Part shown: positions 27,795 to 35,403 of the stretch, piece after piece
Numbering within the stretch: position 1 is the stretch's first letter
How the letters are laid out: each line of letters starts with the position of its first letter
Source: a virus
Taxonomy: Duplodnaviria > Caudoviricetes
IMG/VR virus record: IMGVR_UViG_3300020306_000007
Span: 1-37,686 of that record
Strand: one strand, 5' to 3'
Length of the DNA stretch: 37,686 bases
Made by a program: the position numbers and the translations under genes
The notes under the pieces: model-generated
Told to the model about the DNA's origin: nothing
Databases searched by the model: none
The model's input: the letters and a program-made list of their open reading frames with translations, nothing else

Positions 27795-29628
27795 TGTATG
27801 GGATGATTTAGGATCTAATGATCATTTAGCTTATAAAGGATCTTCAAGATCTATTGCAGATCTAATCCAGGAAATGAACAACAATGGGCTGGATATTGTC
27901 AGCCTAGATACTTCTGGAGAGGTTAATAGAGTAAGGGTAAAGGCAACGCCTAACACCAGACCTGATCGTTCTGGAGAGGCCTCAGGATGGTATTTTTTTT
28001 ATGACAATGGCAATAATAATTTTTTCTGCAATTATGGAAATTGGAGAACAGGCGAAACCTATAAATTTTCCTCTGTAGATACTCAATATATGTCTGTCCA
28101 GGAACAGGCAAAAATTAAACAAGAATTAGATAAAAGGTATAAAGAGCAACAGGAAAGGAGGGAAGAGAACTATAGAGAAGTTGCAAAGGAAGTACAGGTT
28201 AGGTTTCAAAAAACTAAAGATCTTAAAGAACATGAATATCTCTCATTAAAAGGTGTTAAAAATTATGGGTTTAAAGAGTTAAATGGAAATTTAACAATTC
28301 CTCTGCATGATACTACTGTTCCAGATTTTCCTGTATGTTCTATGCAAACAATCTATAAAGATGGAACTAAAAGATTTGTTTCTGGCTCCAGAGTCAAAGG
28401 ATCTTTTTTTCCTTTAGGCTTTTCCATAAATGAGATCTCAAATTTAGACAAGATCATAATTACTGAGGGATTGGCCACAAGTTGTTCTGTTTATGAGGCA
28501 ACTAATCTTCCTGTTATTTGTGTTTTTTCTGCAAACTTTGGATTGGAATGTTTAACCAATCTTCGTAAATATACTCAGGCTAAATTCATCTTGGCTTTTG
28601 ATAATGATACTCACTATGTTGGGCAAGAACAGGCAAAGAAGATCCAGGCATCAATAAACAATGTTGAAGTTAAGATCCCAAATAAGCCTGGATATGATTT
28701 CAACGACATACACAAAGAAGATGGTTTAGCAGAAGTAAAAAGCCAACTTATGATCTCTGCTTTTGACATTAAAGCAATTTCATTAAGACAGTTTGATACA
28801 AATCCTCCAAAGAGATCCTGGCTGGTAAAAAATTTAATTGAGTCAGCTAAGACAGGCCTGATAGCTAGTGCTGGTGGCATAGGCAAGAGTTTTTTAAATT
28901 TATCTTTAGCTTTTAATTGTGCTAGGGGAGAAGGATCCTTTCTAGGTAATCCAATAGAGAAATTTGGAAATTGTGTTTTGCTAGTTGCTGAGGATGATGT
29001 GGCTGAGATCCATAGAAGGATCCAAATGTTAGATCCTAACAACACCAGGAAAAATTCTTTGTATGATGTTTATATTATTTCTGTACCAGAGTTAGGAAAA
29101 CCTTTGACTTTGATCAAAGAAGATCTTAATCAAGGCTTACACATCACATCTGAGGCTTACGATATTATTGATGGGCTATCAGCCATACCAGATCTAGTTA
29201 TGGTGTCTATTGATCCATTACAGGCTTTTATAGGGGCACAAACCAATAGTAATGAAGTAGGGCAGTTATATTCTATTTATGCCCAGATGATTGCGACAAG
29301 ATTTGAAACATCAGTTATTGGGATCCATCATTTATCTAAATCTGGTTTAAAAGAAGATCTGCAATTTTTAGAAATGAGGGCCAGCATCAGAGGAGCTAGT
29401 TCATTTGTGGACTCTTCAAGATGGGTTTTAGGATTAAGCACAGCAGATCCAGAGAGTGCAAAGCAGATCTGCATAGAAAATAATGAAGAGTGGGATCCTC
29501 TTAAAGTTATTAGATGTGGCATTGTCAAAGCAAACTCTGAGGCAGATATGAATGTCAAAACATTGATCAGAAAAAATGGGATCCTGGAGCTTGTAAGGGA
29601 GCCAGGCAACATTATTTGGGAAGAATGA
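27781..29628 (+). CDS. Primase-helicase (TOPRIM plus RepA/AAA_25 helicase)
   Basis: SGWY..GNWR, ITEGLAT, AFDND, DFND, then SAGGIGKS, AEDD, IDP, HHLSK, IRGASS. Confidence 0.9.
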   Translation: MDINNVWDDLGSNDHLAYKGSSRSIADLIQEMNNNGLDIVSLDTSGEVNRVRVKATPNTRPDRSGEASGWYFFYDNGNNNFFCNYGNWRTGETYKFSSVDTQYMSVQEQAKIKQELDKRYKEQQERREENYREVAKEVQVRFQKTKDLKEHEYLSLKGVKNYGFKELNGNLTIPLHDTTVPDFPVCSMQTIYKDGTKRFVSGSRVKGSFFPLGFSINEISNLDKIIITEGLATSCSVYEATNLPVICVFSANFGLECLTNLRKYTQAKFILAFDNDTHYVGQEQAKKIQASINNVEVKIPNKPGYDFNDIHKEDGLAEVKSQLMISAFDIKAISLRQFDTNPPKRSWLVKNLIESAKTGLIASAGGIGKSFLNLSLAFNCARGEGSFLGNPIEKFGNCVLLVAEDDVAEIHRRIQMLDPNNTRKNSLYDVYIISVPELGKPLTLIKEDLNQGLHITSEAYDIIDGLSAIPDLVMVSIDPLQAFIGAQTNSNEVGQLYSIYAQMIATRFETSVIGIHHLSKSGLKEDLQFLEMRASIRGASSFVDSSRWVLGLSTADPESAKQICIENNEEWDPLKVIRCGIVKANSEADMNVKTLIRKNGILELVREPGNIIWEE

Positions 29629-29687
29629 TTGGGTACCCCTATGGTCAGAAACAGGCAAGGTATTGGGAACACATGTGGTCACAATGA

Positions 29688-29736
29688 CATATCTATTACA
29701 TATAGATATGGGGAATGCCCCTTGGGGCATTTCCCC
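29688..29736. other. Tandem inverted repeats after primase-helicase (candidate origin)
   Basis: CATATCTAT-5-ATAGATATG abutting GGGGAATGCCCC-TT-GGGGCATTTCCCC. Confidence 0.5.
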
Positions 29737-30218
29737 TATCAAAGAGAATTGTTTTGAAAAAGTTTTATAACAAACATCCTGACTTCTCGAACTATTGGTG
29801 GATCACATCAGCTTTACCTGGAGAGGAGAGTGCTGAGATTAATTTAGATTTAGCTTTAGCTAACAAAGATTTTATAAAGCTCAAGGCAAATGCCTGGAGG
29901 TGGTTTAGAGATCAGATACAGAGAAAGGATCTAAAACTATCTTCCAGGGAGCAAATAGTTTTATGGGCATTGATCGAGAGGATCAGGGGTAAGAGTTTTT
30001 CAGTATGGTGTTCCTACCTTTACCTCAGCAGAATGCTGAATAAAGATAGGAAAACAATAGCGAAGGCAATAAATAACCTGGCTGAGCAAAATGTAATTTG
30101 GCTTGTCCAGGAGGGAAGGGAGAGGGTAGCAATGAGATCCTTACCAGCTCAGAAGAGAGTAAAGAAACATATCATCCTGGTAGGGTTAAATGCCTATTTA
30201 GGGGATTTAGAGGGGTAA
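29715..30218 (+). CDS. Winged-HTH DNA-binding protein
   Basis: LSSREQIVLWAL..SYLYLSRMLNKDRKTIAKAINNLAEQNVI; the true start may be TTG at about 29754. Confidence 0.65.
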   Translation: MPLGAFPLSKRIVLKKFYNKHPDFSNYWWITSALPGEESAEINLDLALANKDFIKLKANAWRWFRDQIQRKDLKLSSREQIVLWALIERIRGKSFSVWCSYLYLSRMLNKDRKTIAKAINNLAEQNVIWLVQEGRERVAMRSLPAQKRVKKHIILVGLNAYLGDLEG

Positions 30219-30289
30219 AGTGAGAAAAATGAGCTCCATAGAGGCTCTCTAAGGGCTAAAAAGGGTTAGGGTAAGGGTTTAGTACCTCC

Positions 30290-30318
30290 AAAAGAAAAGG
30301 GCTCCCTGAGGAGCCCTT
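30290..30318 (-). terminator. Terminator between convergent operons
   Basis: AAGGGCTCC-CTGA-GGAGCCCTT stem; upstream A tract gives a U tail on the minus strand. Confidence 0.75.
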
Positions 30319-30340
30319 CTGATCTTAACCCAAGATCTAA

Positions 30341-30613
30341 TTAGAACTTCCAGGGATCTTTGCTTGGATCTACAAAACTTTCTTTCTCTAGCAAGTCTTT
30401 GATCTCAGCTTTTCTTTCCTGGATGAAAAATTGGATCTGAGAGTTCAGATCCAAGGCATTGTTTAAAGTTTCAAGGATCTTACTTAGATCAGCAGAACTG
30501 CTTTGATAGTCTTTTAAAACATCTTCTAAGTCAAGAGTGACACCTTTTGCTTTAGAGATCTCATCTTCAAATTCTGCTATGAAGATCTCTCTATCAGTTA
30601 TTGCTCTTTCCAT
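30341..30613 (-). CDS. Hypothetical coiled-coil protein
   Basis: 90 aa; RBS ggaagg; has its own upstream regulatory region. Confidence 0.65.
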   Translation of the reverse strand: MERAITDREIFIAEFEDEISKAKGVTLDLEDVLKDYQSSSADLSKILETLNNALDLNSQIQFFIQERKAEIKDLLEKESFVDPSKDPWKF

Positions 30614-30664
30614 CTTACCTTCCTGGGCATTGCCCTATTAGTTAATCGTGGAGCTATTATAAAC

Positions 30665-30698
30665 ATAGTATTACTATCATTAGCAATAGTCACACTAG
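30665..30698. promoter_or_regulatory. Two operator-like palindromes
   Basis: ATAGT-ATT-ACTAT (30665-30677) and ATAGT-CAC-ACTAG (30686-30698), next to a minus-strand TATAAT. Confidence 0.6.
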
Positions 30699-30772
30699 AT
30701 ATATTTCCATGTTCCAAACAAAGATCATAATAATTGCAAACATTAACATTATGATCCAATCCTTAGGCTCTC

Positions 30773-31633
30773 TCATCTGTTGTATCTCAACTTAGCTATC
30801 TTTGGCATAGCATGATGTCTTGAGATGAAATGTTTAAGAATAGATGTTGTTGGATTTGGGAAAGTTTCTCTCTCTAACTGAGCTAAGGTTTTGCCTTCTA
30901 TCAATCCAGATCTAATCCAATCTAATTTCTTTTGGATCTTATCTTGATCTAATTTAACTGCCTCAACTTGAGTGGGATTGACTGCACTATATAAACCAAT
31001 TTGTTTTAGATCTCTCAAGTAATTTGTGATCATAGGTTTAGAAACTCCCATAATGTTTTTGCAATCATCTATGGAAACTCCATTCATTCTAAGATTAAGA
31101 ACTCTCATGTGATTTTCACTAACACTAAAATCATGTTTGTAATTATCTAAAGGATCTAATTTTTTTTGTTTCCAAAGCCTAGTCAAAGTTTCTTGCAAAA
31201 GTTTTCTATAAATCCTTCCTGGATGTTTCTGAAAAAAATTATCTCGCCATTCAAAATATTCTGCTGTGCCATTGCCATATAGTTTGCTCAAAGCAAAAAC
31301 TACATCTGGAATGACAGACTCTAATCTGTTGATGGTTAGATGTTTAGTTCTGTCCAGGGTAGATCTAATTTCAAAACCAAGAGATCTGGCTTTGTTTAAT
31401 ATCTGCCTGATCCTCTCTCTGCTTACTCCATAAATATCTCCCAGGGATTGATAAGTATGAGTGTGATCCATATTCCAGAGAGTGATCACTTCCATATTTC
31501 TTTGGCTTTTTAAAAACCTATATTTTTTGTGTGTTGCTTTTAATTCAGCAACAATATTTAAAAGATGCTTTTTTAAAGCTCTTTCAGTTTTGAGGTTTTC
31601 TAACCTCTCTTTGTTGGTACAAATTTTATCCAT
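30773..31633 (-). CDS. Multi-HTH protein with sigma70 region 4-like domain
   Basis: TYQSLGDIYGVSRERIRQIL; second HTH GVSIDDCKNIMGVSKPMITNYL; start taken at MDKIC after gaggag. Confidence 0.75.
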   Translation of the reverse strand: MDKICTNKERLENLKTERALKKHLLNIVAELKATHKKYRFLKSQRNMEVITLWNMDHTHTYQSLGDIYGVSRERIRQILNKARSLGFEIRSTLDRTKHLTINRLESVIPDVVFALSKLYGNGTAEYFEWRDNFFQKHPGRIYRKLLQETLTRLWKQKKLDPLDNYKHDFSVSENHMRVLNLRMNGVSIDDCKNIMGVSKPMITNYLRDLKQIGLYSAVNPTQVEAVKLDQDKIQKKLDWIRSGLIEGKTLAQLERETFPNPTTSILKHFISRHHAMPKIAKLRYNR

Positions 31634-31784
31634 CTTTTTGCTCCTCTGATTTATTATCAGTTTTGTTTTTCTTGCCAAAGATCCTTTCAAAGTTTTCTTC
31701 AAATTTTTCTTTGGATATATCCATTGGTCTAGGATCAGATCCCTTTCCTAATTCATTCAGAATTTGTTGTAGGTTGTTCTCCAT
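31626..31784 (-). CDS. 52 aa phage protein
   Basis: GKGSDPRP..FEENFERIF motif; start taken at MENN. Confidence 0.6.
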   Translation of the reverse strand: MENNLQQILNELGKGSDPRPMDISKEKFEENFERIFGKKNKTDNKSEEQKDG

Positions 31785-31983
31785 AGTTCTCTCGGATGTG
31801 GTTAGTAAATTCTGCCATGAGATAAGATCTATTGGCTGAGATATATTCCTCATACTCAATAGGATCTTCCCCATAAGCCCTTCTCTCTGACAAACATTCT
31901 GCATGTTTCTCTTTACAGAATGCCTGGAAGAGAGTTTCTTGATCAAAGTCTATGACTTTGGATCCTTTATTTTTATCATTCAT
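31753..31983 (-). CDS. Hypothetical protein
   Basis: 76 aa; RBS gaggt. Confidence 0.65.
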   Translation of the reverse strand: MNDKNKGSKVIDFDQETLFQAFCKEKHAECLSERRAYGEDPIEYEEYISANRSYLMAEFTNHIRENYGEQPTTNSE

Positions 31984-31992
31984 AATTACCTC

Positions 31993-32070
31993 TCAAAATA
32001 AATATAAAATTAAATAGGTATAAACAATTATGGCTGTGTACCAGAGGATCAAATACCAATATCCTTTCAT
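31993..32070 (-). CDS. 25 aa hydrophobic peptide (not in ORF track)
   Basis: MKGYWYLILWYTAIIVYTYLILYLF; atga overlap with upstream gene. Confidence 0.45.
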   Translation of the reverse strand: MKGYWYLILWYTAIIVYTYLILYLF

Positions 32071-32219
32071 CTGCCTTGCCCTCTGTATGATTTGTAAGAT
32101 CTTCTTTTATGTTTATTCATGGTAGCTGTTGAAACATTCCTCCTGGATCCCTGGGAAGTCTTTTTTCCACGAGCTCCTGTCTTTTGCTCATGCTTAACAT
32201 TTTTGAAGATTTTAGCCAT
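32067..32219 (-). CDS. 50 aa basic mini-protein (not in ORF track)
   Basis: MAKIFK..KKTSQG..MNKHKRRSYKSYRGQGR, a pattern recalled from marine phages. Confidence 0.7.
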   Translation of the reverse strand: MAKIFKNVKHEQKTGARGKKTSQGSRRNVSTATMNKHKRRSYKSYRGQGR

Positions 32220-32234
32220 TGGTGGAGATCCTTC

Positions 32235-32519
32235 TTAATCCAGGCTGGGGGGGTTAGCCTGGCTTGTTTTGGTTTTAGGAGAGAATGAAGGATCTCCTGT
32301 TTCTTGTATTCTAGTTTGTAATTGATAATTTGTATAACTCAACAATGCAACTAGCAATCTCGTAGCCTCTGGTTTTAAGGATCCTGTTTCCCCTGACTCC
32401 CAAAAGTTTATTAATTTTTTTATGACTTCAATCATTACTTTGTCATTGACTGCATAATCGTCAGCATAAGCATCAAAGAAATCTTGTGCCATTATATTTA
32501 GATCATTTGTATTAACCAT
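32235..32519 (-). CDS. Hypothetical protein
   Basis: 94 aa; RBS aggag; overlaps the glycosyltransferase stop. Confidence 0.65.
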   Translation of the reverse strand: MVNTNDLNIMAQDFFDAYADDYAVNDKVMIEVIKKLINFWESGETGSLKPEATRLLVALLSYTNYQLQTRIQETGDPSFSPKTKTSQANPPSLD

Positions 32520-33393
32520 AATTTTTGCTCCTGGTCTTTACTAACTTCATACCATATTCATTAATCCCATCTGGGATCTCTAAGCCTGGTATTTTTTTTA
32601 GTGGGTTATCTTTAAAAGAACTGTAATCAACTTCGTGATGCCATCTGCCATACCTGAAAACCAATGATGTTATTTCAGGATGCATATCAACTAACATCTG
32701 AGATTTATTTTTAGTTCCTTCTCCATCATAAAACTCTGCTGAGTTTCCTCCTCTCATTGTTGATGTTCTAAGTTTGTTTTGTAAAAAAGCCTGGAACAAT
32801 AATGTTGCCCAGCCATCTTTTAACATTCTTAATGAGAGATCTGTATCTTCGTTGTATCTGCCTCTCCATCTGTAAGGCACATCATTTCTAATTAAATTAC
32901 ACGAATAAATCCTGGTGTTTGTTCTGTAAGGAGGTTTTTTTCTCCTGGATCCTCCAGCAAAAAATCTGTATTCAAATCCAGACATGGCTATATTTTCATA
33001 TCTATCAACAAAATCTTCTGATGCTCTAAATATGGCTCCAGATCTACAATTAATTCTTTCGTTGCGATTAAATCTACAGAAACCAGCGATATTATCATCC
33101 ATTACCCAATGCTTATCGTGTCCTTGAGCAATAGAGTGATCCCAAGCATAGTTCCTGGCTCCTCCAGGCCCTTTCCTGGGATCATCATCTTTCCAAAAGG
33201 TATCATACTCATCTAGATACTTTTTAGGCAGTACCAGGAGCTTATCTTCGCCTAAGGATCTTGCATAAAGATCAAACTCTTGCTCTTCTACTATTACCTG
33301 GTAAGGAACATTCATTAGATCTAAATGCTTTGCAGTTATGGGATTTTCATATCTGCCTTTTGATGGGATATAAATTGGAGATCTAGGTTTCAT
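32512..33393 (-). CDS. TET-associated (TAGT / GREB1-like) GT-A fold glycosyltransferase
   Basis: IYIPSKGR, ARNYAWD, HWVMDDNI, RIYSCNLI, WRGRYNEDTDLSL, GGNS motifs. Confidence 0.8.
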   Translation of the reverse strand: MKPRSPIYIPSKGRYENPITAKHLDLMNVPYQVIVEEQEFDLYARSLGEDKLLVLPKKYLDEYDTFWKDDDPRKGPGGARNYAWDHSIAQGHDKHWVMDDNIAGFCRFNRNERINCRSGAIFRASEDFVDRYENIAMSGFEYRFFAGGSRRKKPPYRTNTRIYSCNLIRNDVPYRWRGRYNEDTDLSLRMLKDGWATLLFQAFLQNKLRTSTMRGGNSAEFYDGEGTKNKSQMLVDMHPEITSLVFRYGRWHHEVDYSSFKDNPLKKIPGLEIPDGINEYGMKLVKTRSKNYG

Positions 33394-33649
33394 CTATATA
33401 CTCCATTTTGTCTTTATCAATGACAGGAAAAAATATTCCCTTGGTTTCCATTGTGATATTTCTGCCTATCAGATCTGAAAACTTTTTCATATCATCCTCA
33501 GTTTCAAAACTTATGACAATTTGTTTGATAGCCTCTTTATTCTCACAAATATATTCAGGCATTTGTTTCCATTCAGATCTCCAGCTCTCATCATCCTTGT
33601 TAAGAACTTTAGGATCTGGCAGTTCAAATAATTCTTTTTGGATCTCCAA
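33383..33649 (-). CDS. Small partner protein of the glycosyltransferase
   Basis: EWKQMPEY..IVISFETEDD..F..LI..IT..TK.IFFP; TTG start; overlaps the GT start. Confidence 0.7.
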   Translation of the reverse strand: MEIQKELFELPDPKVLNKDDESWRSEWKQMPEYICENKEAIKQIVISFETEDDMKKFSDLIGRNITMETKGIFFPVIDKDKMEYIDET

Positions 33650-33871
33650 CTAATACTCCTCAACATTAGCCTGGTACTTATCTGGATTTTCAGATCCATT
33701 TAAGATCTCAGGATCTTGTTCTCCTCTTTGCAAAGACAAATGATCATTTCTTAACATTGCTCCCATACTTTTAATTTTTGCTGTCCATTGCTTTGGGATC
33801 CATAAAGTGACTTTGACTAATCCTTGCTCCTTTTGTTTTTGTTCGTATCTATTCTGTGGTTTATATTTCAT
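33650..33871 (-). CDS. Small basic protein, possible ribbon-helix-helix DNA binder
   Basis: RYEQKQKEQGLVKVTLWIP; start taken at ATG 33871. Confidence 0.55.
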   Translation of the reverse strand: MKYKPQNRYEQKQKEQGLVKVTLWIPKQWTAKIKSMGAMLRNDHLSLQRGEQDPEILNGSENPDKYQANVEEY

Positions 33872-34151
33872 TTGGCATTTCTCCGAAAATTTCTGGGTGG
33901 TTGATAACATGATCTGCAACTTCACAAATAAGACGATTTCTTATTTCCTCATCAAAGTTGTAATGTTCTATTCGTTGTTTGAATTGTGATGGAAAGTTCC
34001 AGATAGGAATACTATCTTCCCATTTATAAAAATAAAATCTCAATGACATCTTTTGCCCAAACAACTCAGACAATGTTTTGGAGTGACAGACATGCAATGA
34101 TAAGCCAGATCTTGTTTCTCTAGATCCAGAGAGCTCATAAACATTATTCAT
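33861..34151 (-). CDS. Hypothetical protein
   Basis: 96 aa ORF overlapping neighbours. Confidence 0.6.
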   Translation of the reverse strand: MNNVYELSGSRETRSGLSLHVCHSKTLSELFGQKMSLRFYFYKWEDSIPIWNFPSQFKQRIEHYNFDEEIRNRLICEVADHVINHPEIFGEMPNEI

Positions 34152-34350
34152 AATACTCTCTCATCCTGAGCTGATCTGCTCTGAAAGTTTTTGTTTCAAC
34201 TTCTCGCTTTTCCTCATCATAAAGTTTGTAGCGATCTCCAGGCAATACTCTCCAAATAGTACATTTGAAAGTAGTACCTTTCCTCCAAACACGATCATTG
34301 ATCCTATATGTAGATTGTGGCTCTACAAAGCCATCCTTATAAATACTCAA
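34144..34350 (-). CDS. Hypothetical protein
   Basis: 68 aa; TTG start; beta-rich. Confidence 0.55.
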   Translation of the reverse strand: MSIYKDGFVEPQSTYRINDRVWRKGTTFKCTIWRVLPGDRYKLYDEEKREVETKTFRADQLRMREYYE

Positions 34351-34352
34351 AC

Positions 34353-34598
34353 TTAAAATGGATTTTTGTATTCAATTTCCCTTGGCTCCCAGCTACTAAC
34401 CTTTTTCTCAACTCTTTGGAAATCAGTCACTAGCAAAGTTTCGCATCCAGGAACTTCCTCTTCACATTGGATCTTTACATCTTGATAGCCTTTGGATATT
34501 AAATTATCTGCCTGGCTAACAGCTTGATCTTTATTTTCGTAAGCAACAACTAAAGAGCTCTCAATAATTGGCTCGAAAAAACTAACTTTATAAAACAT
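34353..34598 (-). CDS. Hypothetical protein, first gene of the leftward operon
   Basis: 81 aa; strong RBS taaggagg. Confidence 0.7.
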   Translation of the reverse strand: MFYKVSFFEPIIESSLVVAYENKDQAVSQADNLISKGYQDVKIQCEEEVPGCETLLVTDFQRVEKKVSSWEPREIEYKNPF

Positions 34599-34621
34599 AA
34601 AACCTCCTTATGTCTTGATCA

Positions 34622-34664
34622 ATAGTCACATTATCGTTCATAGGAATACTATTAGTCAAACTAT
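34622..34664 (-). promoter_or_regulatory. Leftward promoter overlaid by three operator-like palindromes
   Basis: Minus strand TTGACT-18 bp-GATAAT; ATAGT-N3-ACTAT variants at 34622, 34640 and 34652. Confidence 0.6.
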
Positions 34665-34735
34665 GTAAAAGATTAAAACTCTTCGCTGTTCTTATAAATC
34701 AACAGCATTTATAATTATCGGAACAAAATTGAACT

Positions 34736-35260
34736 ATGAATGAACAAAAGAAAAAGCCTGGTAGAAAAATGAAAACACTTGGAGAAGAGCATGTTGAACA
34801 GATCATTCAGCTTGGAGCTCAAGGTTTAGGCATCATGCAGATCTGTCAGGCTTTAGATATATCATGGGATGTTTTCAACAGAGAAAGGGGTAAAAAGGAA
34901 ATATCGGAAGCCTTAAAAAAAGGCCAAGCACTTGGGATCAAGGCAGTCACAAATTCTTTGTTCAATCAAGCAACTAATGGGAAAAATACTGTGGCCTCCA
35001 TCTTTTATTTGAAAAATCGAGATCCAGATAATTGGGCAGATAAACAAGAAACAGAGGTCAATATCAATTTAAGAGAGATCTTAGACAATGCATCAACAAG
35101 AATTAGTGAACAGCAAGTGAACACAATAGATATAACACCTGAAAAGCCTTTAGATATAGGGAATGACAAAGAGATCCTCATCCCTAGTAAGAATGATAGT
35201 GAAATAATCCAGGATCCAGAGGAGAGATCCTCCAGATCTAGAGATCTAAAAGATGATTGA
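34736..35260 (+). CDS. terS: Terminase small subunit
   Basis: KPGRK plus HTH, EALKKG..SLF..A..G..ASIFYLKNR..W.DKQE; upstream of TerL. Confidence 0.8.
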   Translation: MNEQKKKPGRKMKTLGEEHVEQIIQLGAQGLGIMQICQALDISWDVFNRERGKKEISEALKKGQALGIKAVTNSLFNQATNGKNTVASIFYLKNRDPDNWADKQETEVNINLREILDNASTRISEQQVNTIDITPEKPLDIGNDKEILIPSKNDSEIIQDPEERSSRSRDLKDD

Positions 35261-35403
35261 GCAAAGTCTATTCTCCATCTTATCCAATTTGCTTTTTCAT
35301 TTAGAGGGAGCCCAGATTTTCTCCGATTTTGGGCCCCCTCGATTTTCCTGGAGCCCCCATAGTTATATTTAACAGTAGGATTAAAATTTTTTAATTTTTT
35401 TAT

